The position numbers and the translations under genes were made by a program. Below the pieces are notes generated by a model. That model was not told the DNA's origin. It saw nothing but the letters and a program-made list of their open reading frames with translations, and did no database searches. A DNA stretch of 53,891 bases from a virus (lineage: Duplodnaviria; Caudoviricetes): the IMG/VR virus record IMGVR_UViG_3300022844_000007, positions 1-53,891 of that record; one strand, given 5' to 3'. Shown in pieces: positions 47,182-53,891 of this stretch (the stretch's first letter is position 1; each line of letters starts with the position of its first letter).

Positions 47182-49074
47182 CTACGGTTTCTCATACTGC
47201 TTGGCTATTGCTGATTCTGCGTCGAGTGGTAGCTCGGGGAGCCAGATCGGTGACTGCCTCATGAATTCCTCCTGAATGTTTGCGACGTGCTGCCCTTCAC
47301 TCTTTGGTACGCACGACACTGATTCATCGTGTACGCTGTGCGCGACACGGCCTAACTTGTTTTCTATCAGGTACTTATCGATCTCTACCATCTGGGTAAA
47401 CACAGCGACTCGGGACAGTGCCTGGATGACGTTCTCTACCAGCTTGCCGCCGTAGATCCCAACCCAGTGCTTGCCGCCCCAGTATTGCCACTGGTGTTTT
47501 TCACCGTATTGGGTTTCTACCGCGACTTGTCTCAGCTTCGGGAATCGGAGGGCCATGCCACTTGGCAGTGTTATTTTCTTGTGACCGATCTCTAAGCACA
47601 TGTGGGTAAGTGGCTCGTCTATCGACTTGGGATTTGCCATCCATTCTATCCAACTCTCAGCTGTCTCCCAAAGGTCGACGATCTTCTGGTTGGCCGGACG
47701 GAATACTTCGTATACGATTCGATTGGCTTCACTGTGGCTTATGTCTACGACCTGCCCTGCAGCCCCTGTGCGTAGGGTGTCTCCGAACTTCGGCCCTCCA
47801 GCGTTGTAACCTAGCGAGAGCCTTGCGACCTTGCCGACAAAGCGTTCGTCTGGATTGTCTTTCTTGTTGATTACGCGACCATATATTTCTTCGGCCATGA
47901 CACAGTAAGTGTCGATGCCTTGGCGGAACATCTCAGTTACATCGTCCTGCCTAGCGATAACGCATAGCATACGTGCTTCAATGTTGCTGGAGTCTGTGAC
48001 GACGATAATGAAGTGCGCTGGTGCTTCAATAGCGTACCGTAATGGTGAGGTGCGTCCGAGGTTCTGCAGATTGATACCGCCCGTGCCGCTAGCACGGTGC
48101 GTGTTGTCTGCCCCGCTATAGATGAGTGGTACGGGTAGCAGATTACTTTTGAGTGTTGACTCCAACAGTGTTTTCGATCGCGTGATTTCGATACTCGATT
48201 TAACAGCGAGTCGTGCTACCCACAGGTCTTTGTACTCTGGGTATGCAGCTTGTAGCTTCTGGAATGCGAGGTCAGACTTCGCAAATGCTGGCGTCGGTTT
48301 GCCAGTTCTCGCTGAAATTTTTGTGGGTACTCTTATACCTAACGATTCTACGAAGGTGGGAAATAACTTTGGCGAGCCAAGGAAGTGTGACGTTGTCTTC
48401 GGGATGTTCTCATCGCCGATAAGTATCCGTGCGCGTTCTATGATCGCTTCGCGTTCTAGTTCGAGTGCAGCTAAGTGGTTCCTTACTATTGTCTTGTTGA
48501 GTTTTAATACTGGGTCACAGTACATGCGACAGAACATGTGTTGGATGTACAGCTCTTCTTCTGAGTATTGCCCCTTCAGTAAATTGTAGACGGCGCGTGT
48601 TACATCGACATCGTTGATGCAGTAGCCTTTGAGTATTTCTTCTAACGCTTCTGTTAAGTCGCGATGGCCTTTTGATAGCGCCAGCTCGTCTCCTTTTCGG
48701 ATCGATCCGTCAGGGAAACAGTTGATCGCTGTTTGTTTCAGTGAGCTTGAGTAGCCAGGGAAGCAGCCGCGTGACATTGATTGTGTGTCAACGAACACTG
48801 CGGGTGTGAGTCCGAAGTGGTACTTGATGACCAAGCCTTCAAAGGGCGTGTTGTGTGCGATGAGTGTTGAGGCGTTGCCTTGAGAGAAGCAGTCGTGCAG
48901 TCGGCTTCCGATGTCGTCCATGTGCGTGAAGTATTGTGTTTCACCATCTTCGACCTTGATGCCCATGCCGTGGATCTTGAACTGCTTGTCACGGACGTAT
49001 GGGACCACCTGCATTTTCCCCAGTGAGTATTTATCACTGTAGAAAGTTTCGAAGTCTATCGTAATGTCGGTCAT
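47182..49074 (-). CDS. polA: DNA polymerase, family A, with 3'-5' exonuclease
   Basis: DFET, AHN..F, YCINDV; motif A DSSNIEARML, motif B RFVGKVARLSLGY, motif C HDE. Confidence 0.95.
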   Translation of the reverse strand: MTDITIDFETFYSDKYSLGKMQVVPYVRDKQFKIHGMGIKVEDGETQYFTHMDDIGSRLHDCFSQGNASTLIAHNTPFEGLVIKYHFGLTPAVFVDTQSMSRGCFPGYSSSLKQTAINCFPDGSIRKGDELALSKGHRDLTEALEEILKGYCINDVDVTRAVYNLLKGQYSEEELYIQHMFCRMYCDPVLKLNKTIVRNHLAALELEREAIIERARILIGDENIPKTTSHFLGSPKLFPTFVESLGIRVPTKISARTGKPTPAFAKSDLAFQKLQAAYPEYKDLWVARLAVKSSIEITRSKTLLESTLKSNLLPVPLIYSGADNTHRASGTGGINLQNLGRTSPLRYAIEAPAHFIIVVTDSSNIEARMLCVIARQDDVTEMFRQGIDTYCVMAEEIYGRVINKKDNPDERFVGKVARLSLGYNAGGPKFGDTLRTGAAGQVVDISHSEANRIVYEVFRPANQKIVDLWETAESWIEWMANPKSIDEPLTHMCLEIGHKKITLPSGMALRFPKLRQVAVETQYGEKHQWQYWGGKHWVGIYGGKLVENVIQALSRVAVFTQMVEIDKYLIENKLGRVAHSVHDESVSCVPKSEGQHVANIQEEFMRQSPIWLPELPLDAESAIAKQYEKP

Positions 49075-49077
49075 GTG

Positions 49078-49668
49078 TTAATCTCTTAGTGCTCGCAGTC
49101 GTTTACGTTGCTCGTCATTAGCTAGGCGCAGATAGTTTTTAAAACGTATCTGCATCGGTGGTTGGATATAAGATCCAATTAGCGATACCAGCCTTTCGTA
49201 TTCTAGGTCTGGAAATGACATAGGTTCTATGAATTCTATCTTTCGGTTATTGAACGCCACCTGCTCTATTATTTTCGTCGGCATCAGCATGAAGCCGCCG
49301 ATGGTAGCACTGTTCCATGGCGAGTACCGTAGCATCTGGGTGATTAGCATTTGAATCGGTTCGTTAATGAAGCTGACTTTTTTGTTATGGTCCGCGCCAT
49401 AGCCCCCGTCAAGTAGTGTGTAGAAGTAGTGCTTGAACGGTATGAGTTTGTGCATCTGCATTTGCAGCTGAGTGTATTTATTGAAACTGCCTCTGGCATA
49501 CGTCAGGTCCACTGGCAGTTGAAACGTGCCGTCGTACTCTGGTACTTGGTTGTTGACGATTTTGAGGTTGAAGAATGCTGAGATTGTTAGTAGCGGGATT
49601 TTGTTTTCTTTATGGAGATACGCTACTGCTTGTAGGTACTCTTTCGTTATCGATCGTCTCCGTCGCAC
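49078..49668 (-). CDS. Hypothetical protein, possibly DNA-binding
   Basis: 196-aa basic ORF with a GAGG RBS. Confidence 0.6.
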   Translation of the reverse strand: MRRRRSITKEYLQAVAYLHKENKIPLLTISAFFNLKIVNNQVPEYDGTFQLPVDLTYARGSFNKYTQLQMQMHKLIPFKHYFYTLLDGGYGADHNKKVSFINEPIQMLITQMLRYSPWNSATIGGFMLMPTKIIEQVAFNNRKIEFIEPMSFPDLEYERLVSLIGSYIQPPMQIRFKNYLRLANDEQRKRLRALRD

Positions 49669-49834
49669 AACACACCTCTATGAAATCGTTCATTTTGTTT
49701 CTAAGTTCTTCCAAGCTCTCGATGACGTCGTTGTCTTCAGGATTGTTGTCTTTGTATAGTCCGTTGAGCACGTAACCTATCGCGAGCCAGGTGAACGTGG
49801 CGTCGGCCTTGGTTAGTATTGGTGAGATGTTCAT
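49610..49834 (-). CDS. Hypothetical protein
   Basis: GGAGG RBS before MNISP. Confidence 0.55.
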   Translation of the reverse strand: MNISPILTKADATFTWLAIGYVLNGLYKDNNPEDNDVIESLEELRNKMNDFIEVCCATETIDNERVPTSSSVSP

Positions 49835-49897
49835 ACCTTTACCTCCTTGCATCTCTGATGCTTGTTGTCTATACCACATCAGGCATAGTGTCTTCAC

Positions 49898-50230
49898 TCA
49901 ATAGTCAGCTCCTGGGGGTTTCGAGAATAGCGCGGTAGCGGCTTTCAAGTTCCTCGTTCCATCCTTCGTTGGATTCTTCATGCGATTCACAACCGACAAT
50001 GCTACCTCGGCGGTGAGGAAAGGGGATAGGGTTGCAGTAGCAGGTGTTTTGTTTGAGCTGTTCTCGGCGTCGCTCTGCTTCGACGCTGCGTACATCATCC
50101 GAACCGCAGCAAGGACAGTTTCGGTATCGAGCGAGCTTATACAATTCGGGTCGCCGTCGCAGAGTGTAGCGACCACTACAGCAGTGATTTCTTTGACATG
50201 CTCTACATCGCATTCGATGTCTTTTTGCAT
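49898..50230 (-). CDS. Possible overprinted ORF (110 aa)
   Basis: GGAGG RBS 5 nt before ATG; open across the whole Cys-rich ORF in another frame. Confidence 0.35.
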   Translation of the reverse strand: MQKDIECDVEHVKEITAVVVATLCDGDPNCISSLDTETVLAAVRMMYAASKQSDAENSSNKTPATATLSPFLTAEVALSVVNRMKNPTKDGTRNLKAATALFSKPPGADY

Positions 50231-50255
50231 TGGTGCCTCCGTAGGGTTTAGTCAA
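49905..50255 (-). CDS. Cys-rich zinc-binding protein (start may be ATG 50213)
   Basis: CRAC, CPCCG, CYC..FPHRRGS..C pattern seen in phage proteins. Confidence 0.6.
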   Translation of the reverse strand: MTKPYGGTNAKRHRMRCRACQRNHCCSGRYTLRRRPELYKLARYRNCPCCGSDDVRSVEAERRREQLKQNTCYCNPIPFPHRRGSIVGCESHEESNEGWNEELESRYRAILETPRS

Positions 50256-50443
50256 AAGTCGAATGCCCCTAACATTAACATGAAGCTGAAAAATAGCACG
50301 GCGTCTATCCGACCGCTGTTGGCGCGGACAAAGTCTGCTACTGGTTTGCTGATGTCTTCTAGGTGCCGACCCTAATTATTAGTGACTCGTTTTTCGATCA
50401 CAGGTGAGTCACGCCTGCTTCAAAGGGTAAAGGCGACCCCGAT

Positions 50444-51217
50444 CTATGCCGCTAACGGCAGTTCGAATTCTGATGCTTCGTCCATCAGAGTGTGTAGCTT
50501 GATGGTCCTGTCGGACAGCATGCCTAAACTGCCAGAACCTTTGAGTGCTTCGGTTGTTGCATTGAACAGTGTCCAGTTGCTGTGCTTACTGTCAACTTTG
50601 TGTTCGTCGTGCGTTGGCTCCCAATACTCGTTGATGACTTGCCCGACTTTAGATGAGGGTATGATATTGCGCTTGACCATCTCGATGATCACGTGCGAGG
50701 CGTCGTTGTCTTTCATCTCGACCTCTTGGTATTTCTCATAGCGCTGGTTTTGCTTCGCGGCCATGTCGCGTATTCCTGCAGTGGCCTGGAACAGTTGGTA
50801 TGGCAGATCGCGCATGACGTTTGTCGTGTGCTTACGACCTACTTTAATGTCGCCGCTGAAGCATCCGTTATCGCAAACGAATACCTGACTGCCGATGACG
50901 AAGCCGGCAGATGTGGACTTGTCGTAGCTCGATCGGAAGCCAGCCACCAGACGATACGTGTCAGGTGTCAGTCCTTCGTTCAGTAGCTCGGCAACACCGA
51001 ACATGGTCTTGCCTTCTCTGCCGAGCGCGTATAGTTGCTCGCCGATCTCAAAACCAGCGTTTCGCAAACTGTCTTCTACCATGTTGGCGAAGATGTTGTG
51101 TGGCACTGGCGTGTAGCTGCGGGTTGTTGCGGGGATGATACCCTCGTCTTCAAGTTTAGCGCGTGGTACTTCGGTGCCGCCTGCGTGGATCATCCACGTG
51201 TCTCTGAAATTTGACAT
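50444..51217 (-). CDS. DUF932 family protein
   Basis: YTPVPH, SYDKSTS, VFVCDNG, RKHT, WTLFNA.TE; AGGAG RBS. Confidence 0.8.
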   Translation of the reverse strand: MSNFRDTWMIHAGGTEVPRAKLEDEGIIPATTRSYTPVPHNIFANMVEDSLRNAGFEIGEQLYALGREGKTMFGVAELLNEGLTPDTYRLVAGFRSSYDKSTSAGFVIGSQVFVCDNGCFSGDIKVGRKHTTNVMRDLPYQLFQATAGIRDMAAKQNQRYEKYQEVEMKDNDASHVIIEMVKRNIIPSSKVGQVINEYWEPTHDEHKVDSKHSNWTLFNATTEALKGSGSLGMLSDRTIKLHTLMDEASEFELPLAA

Positions 51218-51230
51218 TTATTTCTCCTGG

Positions 51231-51449
51231 TTATTCGGGTGGTTTAACTTCGTCGTAGGGGTTGCCGTCGAACATCTTGGCGAATGGCACCATTTCTATC
51301 TCGCCGTTCTCTGCAGGTTGTACTGCGCAGATAACGATGATCATCTTGTCAGTAGCGATGTCTTTGCATTCCATGATACAGACGTTGTTGTCTCTTACTG
51401 CGCTGAGTAGCGTATTAAAATTGTTGGTGTAGCCTTCTGGGATACTCAT
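51231..51449 (-). CDS. Hypothetical early protein
   Basis: NFNTL...MEC...P.AKMFDGNPY. Confidence 0.65.
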   Translation of the reverse strand: MSIPEGYTNNFNTLLSAVRDNNVCIMECKDIATDKMIIVICAVQPAENGEIEMVPFAKMFDGNPYDEVKPPE

Positions 51450-51467
51450 ATCGTGATCTCGTTTGTT

Positions 51468-51644
51468 TCATGAGTGGGTGTGTCCGTCGGTTTCGATGGC
51501 CAAGTACATGCCGCTCCATTTTACAACAATGGCGTCGTCGGCGACCATGGACTCTGATGAGTCGATGAACTCGCCGAGTGTCATGCCGTCTTGGTCGTTA
51601 ATTTCCCATTTGTTGAATAGGGCCGTGAGTTGTTGTGCTGTCAT
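51468..51644 (-). CDS. Hypothetical early protein
   Basis: Start at MTAQQ; W.GMYLAIE.DG.THS motif. Confidence 0.55.
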   Translation of the reverse strand: MTAQQLTALFNKWEINDQDGMTLGEFIDSSESMVADDAIVVKWSGMYLAIETDGHTHS

Positions 51645-51654
51645 TACAACGCCT

Positions 51655-51810
51655 TTTTTTGAGTTGTTTGTGTCGAGGAACGGGAGAGGCCAGCATGTCA
51701 CAAGCCCACCTCGATCGTGCTCACCCCTCCCGTCCTCTGGAAGTTGCACTTGTCTTTGATAAGATGTGTTCAGTCTACTTCCAAAGGTAATCGCCATCTA
51801 TTCGGGTGGC
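51655..51810 (-). ncRNA. Structured intergenic RNA candidate
   Basis: Two adjacent long stems with G-U pairs on the minus strand; see findings. Confidence 0.45.
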
Positions 51811-52121
51811 TAGCTCAGCGCTTTTACGGCTCGCCATAAGTCTGAGTAGCTGCATGTTAATGGGTACTGTTCTCTATTGTTCACTATTTCGAGTGGTGAG
51901 GACCAGTATTCACCTTCCTCGCCATGCCGCACAATAGCGGAATCGTCGGGGCATTCGTACACGTCGTACTTGTTCATGTGATCGATGAAGACGCTGCCCA
52001 GTAGATTACAGTTGCTGCAGTCGTGGATATGGTGTGCGTTTGGGTGATTAATTCGCGTCATCGTTCGTATTGCCTCTGTTCGCGTAGCTCTATCTGAACG
52101 ACGCGGTTGTTGTATGCGCAT
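51810..52121 (-). CDS. Hypothetical early protein
   Basis: HDCSNC..LG...DVY.C...IVRHG...EY.S motif; true start may be internal. Confidence 0.6.
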   Translation of the reverse strand: MRIQQPRRSDRATRTEAIRTMTRINHPNAHHIHDCSNCNLLGSVFIDHMNKYDVYECPDDSAIVRHGEEGEYWSSPLEIVNNREQYPLTCSYSDLWRAVKALS

Positions 52122-52345
52122 AATGCGCCTTGCAGTGACAGGTTATTGAACTCGTTGAAATCCATCTTTGGGCGGTAGTGCTCCTCCAAGATTTCCAGGT
52201 ATATTTTTTGAGCCTCGTGGTACTTGGTGAATATGATATCGATCCCAACTGCGTGGTCGATCTCGACGTACATCATTTTTTCGTGGTTCGAGATGGTGCC
52301 GTTGGTGTGGTCGAATATTTGAAACATGGCGTTTCTTTTTTTCAT
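52058..52345 (-). CDS. Hypothetical early protein
   Basis: GGAGG RBS; coupled to neighbours. Confidence 0.55.
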   Translation of the reverse strand: MKKRNAMFQIFDHTNGTISNHEKMMYVEIDHAVGIDIIFTKYHEAQKIYLEILEEHYRPKMDFNEFNNLSLQGALCAYNNRVVQIELREQRQYER

Positions 52346-52527
52346 CAGCCCTCCGTGGAGTCTCCCCTGTGCAGTGCAAATGGGAATGGGAACTCTTCGT
52401 TGTTGTCAGCGTCGAGAAAGTGTGCGCACATGAAGTCGGCACGTGACTCTGCCGATGGGAAGTCGTTGTCTTCCTCGTCATCGAACAGTGCAATGGTAAG
52501 AACTATTTTACTCATCGTCGGGTACAC
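52345..52527 (-). CDS. Small acidic early protein
   Basis: Coupled ORF. Confidence 0.5.
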   Translation of the reverse strand: MYPTMSKIVLTIALFDDEEDNDFPSAESRADFMCAHFLDADNNEEFPFPFALHRGDSTEG

Positions 52528-52690
52528 CTCCGTTTCTGAACAGTTCGAGATAGGCTACGTGCTCGGGGAATCCCTTACGCAGCTTCTCTAAATTGTTAGG
52601 GTCAGCTTTGAATATGAGTTGAAACAGCTTGGTGCCAAAGTTAGTGGCGCTGTTCTTCCTCGCGAGCTGGAAATCGATTTCCATGGTCAT
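52508..52690 (-). CDS. Hypothetical early protein
   Basis: F...LFQLIFKADPNNLEKLRKGFPE motif. Confidence 0.65.
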   Translation of the reverse strand: MTMEIDFQLARKNSATNFGTKLFQLIFKADPNNLEKLRKGFPEHVAYLELFRNGGVPDDE

Positions 52691-53436
52691 TAGGCGTCTC
52701 GCTTAGCAACGTCTTCCAGGATCTTGCACAGGCGCGTGACATTGGCATTGTGCTGTTTCAGTAACGCTTTGATTGCCGGTGCTGTCGCTGTGTACGACTG
52801 CAGTTTTTCAATGCTGTTATTCTCGTTGCTGATATAGTGCAGGATATTGCGGGTAGTGAGGGTGTCGACGTTTTGGCCAGCGACAAGTACATGATCTTCG
52901 ATAAGTGTTTTTGACATGGGTAGTTCCTCAAGTTTGATTTGTTTGATTTCGATATTGCCCAGTAGGGCGTCTGTCTTGATGGTTGATGTTCCGTATTTCA
53001 CTGCGTCCATAAGGTGGTCGTTGAATATGCTTTTGTCCAAACCCATTTGGAAGGCGCGGTCGACGGCTGCTTTTGTGTCTTTCCGCATCCATCGGCTTGT
53101 TCCGCCAATTGGCTCGCGATAGCAGTGATCGTCACCTTCTATTTTGCCGCTGGCCCTGACGGTGTAGTTTCTGCCGAGCGTGTACCATGCGGCATGGCTA
53201 TCCATACGTGTGAGCACGTCTCCTGGTGCGTACTGCTTATTGCCCTTTAATATTTCCCAGTATCTGGTACTCATAGCTGGGCGTCGTTGTATTGGATGTG
53301 GTTCGTCGGCTGTTACCATCCCGTGGCTGTCGACAGTGTAGGTTTTGTGTTTTGTGAAGTATCCGCGTGCGTCATCTGCCACGCGTAGGAGGGTTTCGCC
53401 TTCCCTGAAAATAGTGTTGTTGGGCTTACGGGCCAT
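52690..53436 (-). CDS. Hypothetical early protein with two N-terminal repeats
   Basis: AAGGAG RBS; repeats GETLLRV..YFT..KTYTV and GDVLTRM..WYT.GRNYTV. Confidence 0.7.
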   Translation of the reverse strand: MARKPNNTIFREGETLLRVADDARGYFTKHKTYTVDSHGMVTADEPHPIQRRPAMSTRYWEILKGNKQYAPGDVLTRMDSHAAWYTLGRNYTVRASGKIEGDDHCYREPIGGTSRWMRKDTKAAVDRAFQMGLDKSIFNDHLMDAVKYGTSTIKTDALLGNIEIKQIKLEELPMSKTLIEDHVLVAGQNVDTLTTRNILHYISNENNSIEKLQSYTATAPAIKALLKQHNANVTRLCKILEDVAKRDA

Positions 53437-53496
53437 TTGGCTTCACTCCTTCACTCATATAGATTCACTCTCTGTCGTTCAGAATACGGTTAACCA

Positions 53497-53688
53497 TTAC
53501 TTACTCCTGCTTACTGGATGGGATTGGGCAGAATCAAAATGATCGTGCAGGGTTCGTAACAATTCATACACGTTTTTAGAAACCGTATCGGGATGTTCTG
53601 GGTCTGCTGGAGTCCCTTCGCAAATCGACTGCACAGCCATCGCTACAGGTCCAAATCGTTCGTCTGGCATATCCGGTGTATCAGTCAT
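53497..53688 (-). CDS. Hypothetical early protein
   Basis: GGGAG RBS. Confidence 0.5.
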   Translation of the reverse strand: MTDTPDMPDERFGPVAMAVQSICEGTPADPEHPDTVSKNVYELLRTLHDHFDSAQSHPVSRSK

Positions 53689-53788
53689 GGCTTTCTCCCT
53701 GCGCTGGTGATCATAATCCTCTCCTCAATACCTGTTAAACGTTTCTACCCCAAACCCGCAATTAAGCGGGAGATGGGTCTAGATATGT

Positions 53789-53891
53789 TTAGCCGTCGCC
53801 GTCGCCGTAGCCGGAGCCGGAGCCGAAACCGTAGCCGTAGCCGTAGCCGGAGCCGGAGCCGGAGCCGTCGCCGGAGCCGTAGCCGTTGCCG
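53789..53891 (-). CDS. 3' end of a Gly-rich (GYG/GSG/GDG) repeat protein, truncated by the window
   Basis: Minus strand reads GNGYGSGDGSGSGSGYGYGYGFGSGSGYGDGDG-stop from 6-nt repeats. Confidence 0.7.
   Translation of the reverse strand, partial: GNGYGSGDGSGSGSGYGYGYGFGSGSGYGDGDG

Noticed and set aside
53744-53783. Integron attC-like site
   Set aside because: It lacks proper RYYYAAC/GTTRRRY ends and there is no integrase; treated as a simple hairpin
1-53891. Stop-codon reassignment, tRNA genes, integrase/att sites
   Set aside because: Core genes are intact in the standard code with all three stops used; I recognised no cloverleaf or recombinase motifs by eye

Overview
The window is most of a ~54-kb tailed dsDNA phage genome, probably podovirus-like, with a likely Gram-negative (proteobacterial) host. 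It has two convergent arms. The + strand arm (172-35289) is late/structural: small accessory genes, a holin, terminase, P22-type portal, scaffold, N4-gp56-type major capsid protein, adaptors, ejection proteins including a 2845-aa giant, tail fibres, an M15 endolysin and a nozzle-like protein. The - strand arm (35286-53891) is early/replication: SSB, SNF2-type helicase, C5 DNA methyltransferase, DEDD exonuclease, Cas4-like PD-(D/E)XK nuclease, primase-helicase, family A DNA polymerase, DUF932 and many small ORFs. I saw no integrase, RNA polymerase, tRNA or CRISPR array. Both ends fall in low-complexity sequence. Most notable: (1) the giant virion protein carries a NusA acidic-repeat-like HhH module, a SLOG domain and an HExxH metallopeptidase motif; (2) the ~190-nt capsid leader is built from repeated hairpins displaying an ACG(A/U)NA loop; (3) a LapG/BTLCP-type protease appears split into a tiny lipoprotein and a catalytic ORF; (4) there are candidate nucleotide-signal sponge genes (gp49-family and RyR-domain); (5) several long strand-specific RNA hairpins lie between genes. 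All family assignments come from motif recognition by eye, not database searches.
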